IMG/VR virus record: IMGVR_UViG_3300031820_000003
Span: 22,868 to 86,867 of that record
Length of the DNA stretch: 64,000 nt
Source of the DNA: a virus
Taxonomy: Duplodnaviria; Caudoviricetes
Reading direction: 5' to 3' (one strand)
The number at the start of each line of letters is the position of its first letter. Position 1 is the stretch's first letter. Made by a program: the position numbers and the translations under genes. Shown here piece by piece: positions 1 to 8,747 of this stretch. The notes beneath the pieces were generated by a model. The model was not told the origin of the DNA. It made no database searches and saw only the letters and a list, made by a program, of their open reading frames with translations.

Positions 1-73
1 TCGTGCGGCGGATGTCCTCATTCGAGAACCCCTTCGCATACTCGGTCAGGGTGATCAGATTGGAGACAGCCAT
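1..73 (-). CDS. Major capsid protein N-terminus (truncated by window edge)
   Basis: ATG at 73 with AAGGA SD; reads MAVSNLITLTEYAKGFSNEDIRRT; lies downstream of the scaffold gene. Confidence 0.65.
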   Translation of the reverse strand, partial: MAVSNLITLTEYAKGFSNEDIRRT

Positions 74-90
74 CGCTCAATTCCTTTCGC

Positions 91-306
91 TTAAGACTTG
101 CTTGCGCTCGAGGAATAGATCCACGAGCCGAGACTGGTATTGGCCACGCCGGCTTGACTGACGCCGATGATCGACCCGGAAGTCTTGGTGCCCTGCGCAC
201 CACCGATCTCCTGCGCGGCAATCTCGAGAACGCGGCGCAGATAGGCAGCCTCGGACGACTTCTTTTCGAAGCTCGGATCATTGATCGTGATGGTCAGGAC
301 GGTCAT
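91..306 (-). CDS. Small head-module protein
   Basis: 71 aa ORF coupled to the scaffold stop codon. Confidence 0.7.
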   Translation of the reverse strand: MTVLTITINDPSFEKKSSEAAYLRRVLEIAAQEIGGAQGTKTSGSIIGVSQAGVANTSLGSWIYSSSASKS

Positions 307-1124
307 CAGTTCCTCGCGTCTCCGTTACGCTGAAACTGCGATTGATCGAATTGCCGCGTGTAGTCGAGCCGCTCCCGTGGCGACATCTTGGCGAACTGCT
401 CGTCACTGACCTTGCCGGCCGGTGGCGGCGGCTCGCGACCGCTGGAGCGCGGTGCTGCGCCGCCCTGGCTGGTGAAGCGCGTGATAAGCCCCTCAAATGC
501 CTGAACGTCGGCCGCGGTAAAAAGACGGCCCTTGAGGCCGCCAACCCCCATGGCATCGAGCCATGTGTTGATCGCAGTCACGCGCGCCGTGCCGGTCGCG
601 CCGAGCTTGGCGATCTCGGCATTGCGGGCATTCTGCACCGCCTGCGCAGTCCCGATCTTGTCACCGGCGATCAGCGCAATGCCTTCGGAGAAAGCTTCCT
701 TGCTGAGCCCGTGCTTGAGCGCCCAGGACCTTGCCTGCGTCCACAGCGGATCATCGGACTTGATGTCGAACTGCACACCCTCCGGAGGCTTGAAGCTTTC
801 CGGCAGCTTGAGCTCGAAATCCTCGGCCTTTTGCGGCCGCGAGAGCTTGGCGACATCCTCGGCAGCTACGCGCGCAGTCAGCGCATTGACGTGCTCGCCG
901 AATTCCTTGTCCCTGATCTTGCTGGCGGTCGCATCCCAGAACTGCTCGGGGATGTAATCAGGACGCGCTACCGTTGCCGGTGGAGTTGTTGGAGACGGGG
1001 GTGTCGGTGTCGTTCCAGCCGGCGACGACGGAGTCTGGGGTGACGCGGCGGGCGGCGCCGCGGGAGCGGGAGATGGCGCGGGGCTCGGCGCGGGTGAAGG
1101 TGACGGTTGCGGCGTGTCGACCAC
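306..1124 (-). CDS. Capsid assembly/scaffolding protein
   Basis: Pro/Ser-rich N-terminus, RPDYIPEQFW motif as in T7-like scaffolds; position between portal and capsid. Confidence 0.8.
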   Translation of the reverse strand: MVDTPQPSPSPAPSPAPSPAPAAPPAASPQTPSSPAGTTPTPPSPTTPPATVARPDYIPEQFWDATASKIRDKEFGEHVNALTARVAAEDVAKLSRPQKAEDFELKLPESFKPPEGVQFDIKSDDPLWTQARSWALKHGLSKEAFSEGIALIAGDKIGTAQAVQNARNAEIAKLGATGTARVTAINTWLDAMGVGGLKGRLFTAADVQAFEGLITRFTSQGGAAPRSSGREPPPPAGKVSDEQFAKMSPRERLDYTRQFDQSQFQRNGDARN

Positions 1125-1332
1125 TTGCTTGCATTCCCTCGGCCATCAGGCCCATCAATTCGGCCGCGAAACTGCGGCGGCCTTCATTCCTCGGCAACGC
1201 ACATTCATGAGTTGCTGGTGTAGTGACAGCGCACAAGACTTTCTGCAGATAGCGATAAAGCAACTCACCGTCCGCAGTGCGCGCAATGCGATCGAGCGCC
1301 TGATGCATGTCGTCGTCGGTAATCTCGATCAT
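958..1332 (-). CDS. Bbp19-like small protein
   Basis: EGRRSFAAEL motif; directly after portal; C-terminal extension overlaps the scaffold gene. Confidence 0.6.
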   Translation of the reverse strand: MIEITDDDMHQALDRIARTADGELLYRYLQKVLCAVTTPATHECALPRNEGRRSFAAELMGLMAEGMQASGRHAATVTFTRAEPRAISRSRGAARRVTPDSVVAGWNDTDTPVSNNSTGNGSAS

Positions 1333-2915
1333 GCGGCAGGGCCAGGCGTTTCATTGGGCGCCTGCGAGACATGCCGCGCGCCGGCAAGCGCGGTGATCTG
1401 ATCGATAATCGCCTTGCGCTGCTGCGGATCGCGAAACTTGATCATGGTCACGCGCATCTTCTCGATGATGGCCTTCATCGTGCTCTCGCCGTCGACCGCC
1501 ATCTTGAACTCTTCCGGGAATGTCGGACCGACGATCTGCAACGCCTTGACTGCCATGCCGACCTCCTGCTGCTCGGCCGCCGCCTGCGCCGGATTGCGCG
1601 GCATGGTGGCGATGGCGCGGCCGTCGACCGTCACGGGCTGGATCGTGCCGGCCTTCTCGAGCAGGAACTTGAAGCGCAGGAAAATCGCCGCCGGGACCTC
1701 GCGCCAGAACGGTAGGCCCGGCGTGCCGATGCGCCGCTGTGCGCGCGCCATCTCATCGAGCCACTGGCCGAGCGTCGGCGGCGTATCGCCGCGCTGCTCT
1801 GGCAGGTCGACATAGAACAGCTTGCGCGTCGCCTTGACCTTCTCGGCATAGTCGAAGTTCGCAACGTCCGGCTTGGGTGGCGTGTAGATCGCCTTGACCG
1901 ATCCTTCGGTGCCCGGCCGGATCGGATAGGCCATGCCTTCCTCGACGCCCTGCTCGACTGCGGCAAACGAATCGTCCGGATAGGTGATGGGCGGCTTGAT
2001 CGACAGCGCCGCATTCTCGATGCGCATCGAGTCGAGCTCGTCGATCTGCCGAAAAGTAGGAAGCGCCTGGATCATCGGGCCGATACCATGCGGCCAGTCA
2101 GCGGTCGGGTTGAAGCGGCCGACGATCAGCGGGCAGGAGCCCTCGCCCTTGAGCTGCGCATCATGCACGAGCTTGTTGCCGACCAGGACCGTGTGCTGCC
2201 AGACCTCGTCCGACTTGTCCTCCCAGATGCGCCAGAACCCCCAGCAAACCTGCGTGCGCTGCGATGGCTTGTCCTCGCAGGTCTTCTTGACCTCGACATC
2301 CATCTTGTCCCAGATGTCTTCCCCAACGAGCTCGCGCACATAATGGTTGCGGGTGAAGCGCACGGCAAAGCGTGTATCGATCTCGCCATAAGGGCCAAGG
2401 TCAATCTCGAGCTCCCGCAACGGGATGGCCGAGACCACGATTGCCTTGGCCGGATGCGGCCGCTCGATCCACAGGCCGACGGTGCCGATCGCCAGATCAG
2501 GATAGAAGGCCTTGGTGATTTCCGGGTAGAGATTCGAAGCCTTCATGGCCTCGAAAATCTTCTTGTCGTCCGCCTTGATCCTGTCCTTGACCTGCTTCCA
2601 GACCGGTCCCTCGCGGCCGCCGGGCAGGTCCATCCCGGGCCCGCGCTCGCACCATTCCTGCGCCTCGGGCATGAAGGTGTTGACGATCTCGGTCACGAAG
2701 TCCTGACAGATCAGGAACGCCTGGTCGGTGTTGAGCTCGGGCGCATCCAGCATGCGCGCCTGCGAGGGCTGCACCGCTGAGCTGATCTGCCGCTGTCGGT
2801 TCGGAGCGGTGAAGAAATAGCATTCCTTTAGATCGAGCTCGACATACGACTTCCAGGTCCGACAGCCGGCCAGCCGCTCGACCGCCTTCTGCTCGAGTGT
2901 GTTTTCCTCGGGCAT
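1329..2915 (-). CDS. Portal / head-to-tail connector (T7 gp8/BPP-1-like)
   Basis: 528 aa; DLAIGT, HGIGPMIQALP and ARRIG-type motifs; position. Confidence 0.88.
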   Translation of the reverse strand: MPEENTLEQKAVERLAGCRTWKSYVELDLKECYFFTAPNRQRQISSAVQPSQARMLDAPELNTDQAFLICQDFVTEIVNTFMPEAQEWCERGPGMDLPGGREGPVWKQVKDRIKADDKKIFEAMKASNLYPEITKAFYPDLAIGTVGLWIERPHPAKAIVVSAIPLRELEIDLGPYGEIDTRFAVRFTRNHYVRELVGEDIWDKMDVEVKKTCEDKPSQRTQVCWGFWRIWEDKSDEVWQHTVLVGNKLVHDAQLKGEGSCPLIVGRFNPTADWPHGIGPMIQALPTFRQIDELDSMRIENAALSIKPPITYPDDSFAAVEQGVEEGMAYPIRPGTEGSVKAIYTPPKPDVANFDYAEKVKATRKLFYVDLPEQRGDTPPTLGQWLDEMARAQRRIGTPGLPFWREVPAAIFLRFKFLLEKAGTIQPVTVDGRAIATMPRNPAQAAAEQQEVGMAVKALQIVGPTFPEEFKMAVDGESTMKAIIEKMRVTMIKFRDPQQRKAIIDQITALAGARHVSQAPNETPGPAA

Positions 2916-3247
2916 CAGCGGCCCGTCAGCGGCGAGATGCTGGAGCCGCTCAAGGCCAGCCGCGAGCCGTAGCGCGAGAGAAGCGCGGCCATGTCGCCTT
3001 GCGTCTGCAGCTGCAGGGAATCGATAAGATTGGCGTGCGCCTGGTTCTGCTCAGCCTGCAGGTTCGGATCGGGCGGCAAGAGCGGCGATGTGCCCGACTG
3101 CAACTGCTGGGCCTGCTGCTGCTCCTGGATCTGCGCAGCCTCCACCGCACCCGTCCCCGGCGGGGTGACTGCTCTCTTGACCGTCTCGCCCAAGCGGAAT
3201 GCCTCCGTTGCGCAGGCACAATCGCCAGGGCATCCACGCTGGGGCAA
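2915..3247 (-). CDS. Small Gln-rich virion-associated protein (start uncertain)
   Basis: PDPNLQAEQ...YGSRLA core; coupled to portal start. Confidence 0.6.
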   Translation of the reverse strand: MPQRGCPGDCACATEAFRLGETVKRAVTPPGTGAVEAAQIQEQQQAQQLQSGTSPLLPPDPNLQAEQNQAHANLIDSLQLQTQGDMAALLSRYGSRLALSGSSISPLTGR

Positions 3248-3253
3248 CGCACG

Positions 3254-3715
3254 TTAGCTTATGGCAAATTCACCAAAAGCTTGCTTGGCATGAATCAATC
3301 GCGCGGAACCAGCCTCCTCTTTTGAGGAAAAGAAACCGATGTGTCTATTCTTCCCATCGACTGAGATCATAGCCCTCCATTTGTTTAAACGCGGAACAAA
3401 ATGAACGCCCTTGAACCCGGACTTGTTGTTGCGGTAAATATTCGTATTAGCTTGATTTTGGCCGCGCGTAGCCAATCGAAAATTGTTCCATTTGCTATTC
3501 GATGAGTTTCTGTCGATATGATCAATCTCCCGATTGGGAGGCTCTCCCTTCATAAAAATCCAAATCAAAATCGACTTCCGATAGTATTTGTCACCGACTT
3601 GAACATTCTGAGAGCCATGAAACCGACCATTACATTTCCGAAAATCTCCAGTCTCAGGATCATATTGGAATAACCGCCTCACTGTCGCCGCCGGCAGAAT
3701 GTTCTTTGGCCTCAT
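3254..3715 (-). CDS. HNH endonuclease with AP2 DNA-binding domain
   Basis: YDPETG, IDHIDRN..N..N.R HNH motif, SGFKGV..KWRA AP2 motif; AT-rich. Confidence 0.9.
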   Translation of the reverse strand: MRPKNILPAATVRRLFQYDPETGDFRKCNGRFHGSQNVQVGDKYYRKSILIWIFMKGEPPNREIDHIDRNSSNSKWNNFRLATRGQNQANTNIYRNNKSGFKGVHFVPRLNKWRAMISVDGKNRHIGFFSSKEEAGSARLIHAKQAFGEFAIS

Positions 3716-4127
3716 GCTTATCCCCGATGATCTCGCCACCATGGCGAAGGATGCATCGGTAAAGAGCATCAGGCCGCACAAGGGCAACGCACCTCAAGCC
3801 GAGAAGGTGCGCAATCGATGTGGTGCAGAAGAAGCCGAGACCGCGCGCGCCGCCGCGCCGGCGTGTCATCTTGATAATCTCGCAGCCGGCCGTGTAGCCC
3901 ATCAGCGCTGACAGGCCGGCGGGATGCGGCAGGAGCGCGAGCTGCGTGCCGGACCACTGCACATCATAGATCAGCCACGCCTTGAAGCCCGGGACATACG
4001 CGAATGCGCTGACATGCTTGAAGCGCCCCATGGCGAGCCACGACAGCCAGCGCCGCGACGATCTGGTGTGAAAGACAACGTACCAGTCGGACGGCACGAA
4101 GCCGTCAGGCGTCGTGATCGGTTCCAT
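3660..4127 (-). CDS. Conserved hypothetical phage protein
   Basis: 155 aa ORF in the late operon; 3' end overlaps the HNH start. Confidence 0.65.
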   Translation of the reverse strand: MEPITTPDGFVPSDWYVVFHTRSSRRWLSWLAMGRFKHVSAFAYVPGFKAWLIYDVQWSGTQLALLPHPAGLSALMGYTAGCEIIKMTRRRGGARGLGFFCTTSIAHLLGLRCVALVRPDALYRCILRHGGEIIGDKHEAKEHSAGGDSEAVIPI

Positions 4128-4314
4128 GTCCCAAAAAGAGTTTGATGCGCTCCCATAGAGGAAGCTTTTCATGGAACATCACGCCGTTTTCAAACCGGAA
4201 TCTCCACCCCCGATAGGGGACATATTTCACAATGGCAGGGTTCTTGGCCACCTCCACAGAAAACTCACGCGGAGATTTAATCGTCAGGATTTGATTGTAG
4301 CAATGCAGCATCAT
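4105..4314 (-). CDS. Hypothetical protein
   Basis: 69 aa, coupled to terL stop. Confidence 0.5.
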   Translation of the reverse strand: MMLHCYNQILTIKSPREFSVEVAKNPAIVKYVPYRGWRFRFENGVMFHEKLPLWERIKLFLGHGTDHDA

Positions 4315-5807
4315 GCCATCACTCTCCTCAGCGAGCGTCGCTCGGGCCGCATGCGTGCGGGCGCAACCGTTCCGACCGGCGTCAGGCCGATCATGCGCCG
4401 ACCCTCGCCCAGGCCGATGCAGGCATATTGCAGGGCATCGGCGATGTGGCTGTATTTGTCCTTCGACGGCTTGAGCTCGCCCTGCTCGTCCTTCTCGTTG
4501 TGATATCGGCCCGCCATCGCGACCTTCAAGGTGCGGCAGAGCGGCGACAACAAAAACCGCGGCTTGCCCGATTCCATCTGATTGAGCAGGTTCGCCACCG
4601 CATCAATGCGGGTCGATATCATGTTCATCTTCAGGCCTGGCGGCGCCAGCAGATTGATGCCATTCGCCGCATAAATTTCATAGCCGGTACGGCCGTCGTT
4701 CACGCCCTTGTCGTTTCCCTTCGGATCGCCATAGCCACGATAGGGACAATCGGGGTAATGCTTGGTGAGGAACGCCTTGACCCGCGCCGCCGATTCCGTC
4801 GTCGACTGGTTCTGCCAAATGATCTCGTTCTGCACATAAACCCGGTTGCCGATCATCTGCATGAAGACCGCACCCGCCGTGCGCCCGAAGTCGACGCCGA
4901 TCACGACCTCATGGCCCGGCACGGGACGCAACGGCTCACGCGCCACATGCGTCTCGATGGTGAACATGGGCCAGACCGGCGAGCCGTCGACCACCAGCGC
5001 CACACGGTTCATCAGGCGCGAGTCGATCCACGCCTTCGACGGCGCACCGATGATCTGCTCCTGATAGTAGTTCGCCGGCAGGTTCTTGAGGTTCTCCGCA
5101 ACCGGGTTGACCTTGTAGTCGCTGATGTTGCCGCGCTCGTCCCGCACCTCGATCAGAGCCGGCGGCTGCATGTGAAAGCCCCAGGTCGGCGGCCACTTGT
5201 AGCGCGCAAGCTCGTCGGCCTGCAGCCCCGCCGGCAACTCCACCTGCCCGGTCATGGCAGCCAGCCAATGATCCTCGTCCGGCGCGTTGGTATCGGCAAT
5301 GACCCCGCTCCACGGAGAGGGCCCGCCGTGCTCGAGCGGCGGATAGCGCAGGCGCGAGCGAGCCTCGATGAAGATGTCCTGCCGGTCCTGGAAACCAAGC
5401 TCGTTAAAGCCGATGCCCGTGTATTCGGTGGAGCGCAGCTTGCGAATGTCCTCGTCCTTGTCGAGCGACATGAAGTCGACCACCGTCTCGACATCGCCGA
5501 ACCTGATGCGATGCTGCATGACGGCCCCGTAGGTGAACCGCCCATAGACATCCTCCGGAAAACAGCGCAGCCAGGTGACGATCGTGGTGCGGCGCAGGTC
5601 CGGCATGGTGTTGCGGATCATGGCAAAGCGCGTGTGGCGGATGCCGTCGAGCGGCGACTTCACCTGCTCCTGCGCATGCCGCATGATGCGCAGACACAGC
5701 GCATAGGTCTTGCCCGAGCCGAGCGGCCCCTGAATGACGTCCACATTGCGATTGGAAGTAACGAAGTCGCAGAGCTTGGTCCCGGCAACGAACTGGAAGG
5801 TGCTCAA
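4311..5807 (-). CDS. terL: Terminase large subunit
   Basis: Walker A GPLGSGKT, IGFNE Walker B, GVDFG and HIADALQY RNase-H-like nuclease motifs. Confidence 0.93.
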   Translation of the reverse strand: MSTFQFVAGTKLCDFVTSNRNVDVIQGPLGSGKTYALCLRIMRHAQEQVKSPLDGIRHTRFAMIRNTMPDLRRTTIVTWLRCFPEDVYGRFTYGAVMQHRIRFGDVETVVDFMSLDKDEDIRKLRSTEYTGIGFNELGFQDRQDIFIEARSRLRYPPLEHGGPSPWSGVIADTNAPDEDHWLAAMTGQVELPAGLQADELARYKWPPTWGFHMQPPALIEVRDERGNISDYKVNPVAENLKNLPANYYQEQIIGAPSKAWIDSRLMNRVALVVDGSPVWPMFTIETHVAREPLRPVPGHEVVIGVDFGRTAGAVFMQMIGNRVYVQNEIIWQNQSTTESAARVKAFLTKHYPDCPYRGYGDPKGNDKGVNDGRTGYEIYAANGINLLAPPGLKMNMISTRIDAVANLLNQMESGKPRFLLSPLCRTLKVAMAGRYHNEKDEQGELKPSKDKYSHIADALQYACIGLGEGRRMIGLTPVGTVAPARMRPERRSLRRVMA

Positions 5808-6391
5808 GCGGTCAGCCCCACCTCGCGCACCGACATCAGCCGCGAACGTGCCGCCAGCAGAATGGGGAGAATCTTCGCGTCCATCCCGTCCTCGCCCTCG
5901 TCCGAATCCATTTCCGGCTCATAGGGCCCCGTATAGAGATCAGGCGGCACCGTCTCAGGCGAGAGCCGCGCCGCCTCGTCCCCCGAGATCAGCGTCGCCC
6001 ACTCATCCTCATAAGCCACGATATCATCGTCCGACCAGCCATCCAGCTTGAGCAGCATATGCTCATACCCGGTCGCCCACCAATGCGCCGACTTGGCCCC
6101 CGGCCCCACCCAATACTTGAGCCCAAGCCTGGTCATGAGCCACCACTCGATGCCCTCATGGCCATTCACATACCGGTCCGGCTCGACCCCCATCTTGAAC
6201 CGCAGCGGCGTCCCCTCGTCCGCATAAGTCATGCCGCCGTCCATCGAGCGACCTGCCCCATAAGGCACCAGAAACCGCCGGCTCACGATCGGCGGCCGCA
6301 CAAGAAAATTGCGCAGCCCAACCTCGCGCTGAATGAGCCTAATGACCGCCGATACCGGCGCCGCATCAGTATGGCGATGGCCCGCGCTCAT
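5804..6391 (-). CDS. Putative metal-binding enzyme (HExxE ... AHxxATxxEH)
   Basis: Motifs shared with 52570..53280; coupled to terL. Confidence 0.75.
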   Translation of the reverse strand: MSAGHRHTDAAPVSAVIRLIQREVGLRNFLVRPPIVSRRFLVPYGAGRSMDGGMTYADEGTPLRFKMGVEPDRYVNGHEGIEWWLMTRLGLKYWVGPGAKSAHWWATGYEHMLLKLDGWSDDDIVAYEDEWATLISGDEAARLSPETVPPDLYTGPYEPEMDSDEGEDGMDAKILPILLAARSRLMSVREVGLTA

Positions 6392-6522
6392 GAGCGCGCT
6401 CTCAACATCGCATTGAGGATGCGGAGCGATTCCCGAGAAGTCAGCATCCAGCCATTGACCATCAGCACAGGACGCCCGATCCTGTTCCAGGCCATGAAAA
6501 TTCCGTAGGGAAAATCGCTCAT
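6388..6522 (-). CDS. Small hypothetical protein (44 aa)
   Basis: MSDFPYGIFMAWNRIG...; ATGA-coupled to the downstream gene. Confidence 0.5.
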   Translation of the reverse strand: MSDFPYGIFMAWNRIGRPVLMVNGWMLTSRESLRILNAMLRARS

Positions 6523-6526
6523 CGCA

Positions 6527-6748
6527 TCATCTCACGATCACCTTCATGTCATCCCGATCAAACAAATTGCAGCACCACGTCGCATCAACCTTCCGTCCCT
6601 TCAGCCGGCGATTCCCGTTCTGACAAAACCCGCCACCCGCCCGGTCAAACCACTCGCAGTTCCCACATTGGAAAACAACACCAGACGTATTCTCAGCAAG
6701 CCCGATCGGCATCGCCTTCGTATCACCGCGCTCGTCATCCGCAGCCAT
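6527..6748 (-). CDS. HiPIP-like Cys4 protein, no export signal
   Basis: CGNCEWF...GFC...VDATWCCNLF matches HiPIP CxxC..C..CxxW/F spacing; start overlaps upstream stop. Confidence 0.65.
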   Translation of the reverse strand: MAADDERGDTKAMPIGLAENTSGVVFQCGNCEWFDRAGGGFCQNGNRRLKGRKVDATWCCNLFDRDDMKVIVR

Positions 6749-7116
6749 CAGTGCCGCTCTATGCTCGGCATGAACGGCAACCAAGGCCGATCAGGCTCCT
6801 TCAAGATAGCCCGCGCCGGTACCCGCAGCCGCTCCATCTTCGCACAGTGCTTCACTATCAACTCCTCATCACGCTGCGTATACGGCGCTATCTCCACCCC
6901 CTTGCGCGACATCCGACAAAACAACTTCACCTGTATCAACTGCGCTCCCTGCTCCTCATTCGGAGACAAATCCGCAAAATACCCCTCCCGCAATATAAAC
7001 GACTTCACAGGACCAATCTTCGCAAAATTCTGCGCCCAAGCCGCTATCTCCAAATCATAGCGCGCCAGAAAATATTCCGGAATCCGATCATGCTTCACCC
7101 GACCAACCGTGATCAT
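6748..7116 (-). CDS. Hypothetical protein
   Basis: 122 aa, coupled on both sides. Confidence 0.7.
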   Translation of the reverse strand: MITVGRVKHDRIPEYFLARYDLEIAAWAQNFAKIGPVKSFILREGYFADLSPNEEQGAQLIQVKLFCRMSRKGVEIAPYTQRDEELIVKHCAKMERLRVPARAILKEPDRPWLPFMPSIERH

Positions 7117-7319
7117 AACACCCTCACAACATCAAGCGAGGCCACAACATTGCGCCCAAAACTGTCAATCCCAAGCGAAAACTGTACCCGCATCCCACAC
7201 CGGTTCGCCTCGTCCATGACCGCGGCAACTTCAGTAAGCGCCTCCCGAATCCGCGCCTTGAGATCAGCCGCAACATCGCGGTCAGATCGCCCAGTCGAAG
7301 CAAGCGTCAGCTCAGTCAT
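7113..7319 (-). CDS. Hypothetical protein
   Basis: 68 aa from MTELTL; coupled. Confidence 0.65.
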   Translation of the reverse strand: MTELTLASTGRSDRDVAADLKARIREALTEVAAVMDEANRCGMRVQFSLGIDSFGRNVVASLDVVRVL

Positions 7320-7494
7320 GTCAGCCCCAATGTCGAATACCCCAAAATATTCCAGGCCAGAACTTTTACAGAGCAGAGCTGGGCAGGACCGGAGCAATCA
7401 AGGGCAGGAATGTGCGGGGGTGGATCAGGAGCTCGACGACGTCGCCGGTTTTTCCCCCCGGCCCTCCCGTGCACAGATTTGCTGAGACGCACCG

Positions 7495-7998
7495 TCACTT
7501 GTCATCCACCATCTGATCGAGATGGTGACGCCCTTGATCAATCAACAACTTTTCGTTTGTTTGTGTCACTGGCTGTGAAACGATCTGAATGACCAGACCA
7601 GGCATGGTGTGACTTGTGCCTGATCTGCCTGCATTATCAGCCGCCATGCCGTCAATGAACCGCATTGCGCCAAGCTTGGCCATCTCGTTGGTTGATTCGT
7701 TGCGCATGCGCCTGGCGTGATGAATGTTCTGCGCACTCACGTAAGCATGAAGCATCTCCCTTTCCCGCTTCATGAATGCGACGACATGGGGTCGGTACAG
7801 TGCACACCGAACAGCATGGGTTGTCATTCCTGCGGCTTGTGCAGCCACATCAAGCTCTTGACCTTCCCAGACAATTGCCTTGAGTGCGGCCGCCAATTTA
7901 CGGCCGATCCTGCCACCCTTGCGGCGATCTATTTGTGCTGGGGCTGGACTGGCCTTGCGCGGCACCGGGACGGCGCTGGACAGGTCGGTATTGGTCAT
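7495..7998 (-). CDS. Putative terminase small subunit (HTH)
   Basis: HTH-like AAQAAGMTTHAVRCAL, helical middle, PGLVIQIV tail; first late gene; no other terS candidate in unit A. Confidence 0.5.
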   Translation of the reverse strand: MTNTDLSSAVPVPRKASPAPAQIDRRKGGRIGRKLAAALKAIVWEGQELDVAAQAAGMTTHAVRCALYRPHVVAFMKREREMLHAYVSAQNIHHARRMRNESTNEMAKLGAMRFIDGMAADNAGRSGTSHTMPGLVIQIVSQPVTQTNEKLLIDQGRHHLDQMVDDK

Positions 7999-8229
7999 GG
8001 TGGTGGAAGTTGGGGTGCGGCGGTGTGTGATAGCAACGCACAATGGGTGGGTAGCACATCGCTGCGCGCGTTGCGCTTGCTCGTGAAGAACGGCTGTCTG
8101 TGGCGAGCTTTGTTTTTCTTATAGGGGAAGCCTTGAAATCATTGTGGAATTGGATTTGGCCATTGCTCACTAAAAGATAGCATTGGGGGTGCGTTGCGAA
8201 TGCGCACAGAATGATAGCATTGGGGAGGG

Positions 8230-8505
8230 GTGGCGAGGGCTGGACATCCCATGCGCTCGCGGGCGCTCCGACTGATGCGATCTGGCCTGGCGACGCCTGG
8301 TGAGATTGCCCGGGCGTTGGGGGTGTCGCGGCTCCTGGTCATGAACTGGAGGGCGAGGGCGGGCATTGATACGGCGGCGGCTCGAGCCGCTCATGTGCGG
8401 CGCCTGATGCTGCGGGGGACTGACCATGGTGAGCACAAGGGGGCAAACGGATCAGCGGCTGCGGCACCATTGCCTGCCGATCGTGAAGCTATCGGTCCGG
8501 TGTGA
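8230..8505 (+). CDS. HTH DNA-binding protein (antisense to flanking operons)
   Basis: TPGEIARALGVSRLLVMNW HTH; GGGAGG SD. Confidence 0.65.
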   Translation: MARAGHPMRSRALRLMRSGLATPGEIARALGVSRLLVMNWRARAGIDTAAARAAHVRRLMLRGTDHGEHKGANGSAAAAPLPADREAIGPV

Positions 8506-8626
8506 GAGCTGCGGGCATCAGGCCATTGTCGCGGTGCCGATGCGCGGATCGCGCTATCCTGAGCTCTATTGCGGGTGGTGCGGCGATCGTGAGCCGCTGG
8601 TCGAGCCGGTGCGCCACAAGCTCTGA
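8426..8626 (+). CDS. Zinc-ribbon protein
   Basis: CESC...CGWC. Confidence 0.5.
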   Translation: MVSTRGQTDQRLRHHCLPIVKLSVRCESCGHQAIVAVPMRGSRYPELYCGWCGDREPLVEPVRHKL

Positions 8627-8747
8627 TCGCCCCTGCCACTTATCGTGGCGGCGAGCATAACCGCCATGGCGGTGCGGATTTGTGCCAATCATTCCGGCCA
8701 TGGCCTTGCTTGCCCGCCGCGCGCTGACTTCATCAAACCATCTGGTT

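Noticed and set aside
1000-1124. PSPAPSPAP tandem repeats and Gln runs (also near 3100)
   Set aside because: Ordinary low-complexity linkers in scaffold and small virion proteins.
4428-5924. 498-aa plus-strand ORF, and similar long ORFs at 32603..34003 and 46788..47618
   Set aside because: They are shadow frames of clear genes in GC-rich DNA, with Arg/Ala-rich sequence and no motifs.
6751-7485. 244-aa plus-strand ORF
   Set aside because: It arises from the C/A-rich strand bias; coupled minus-strand genes explain the region.
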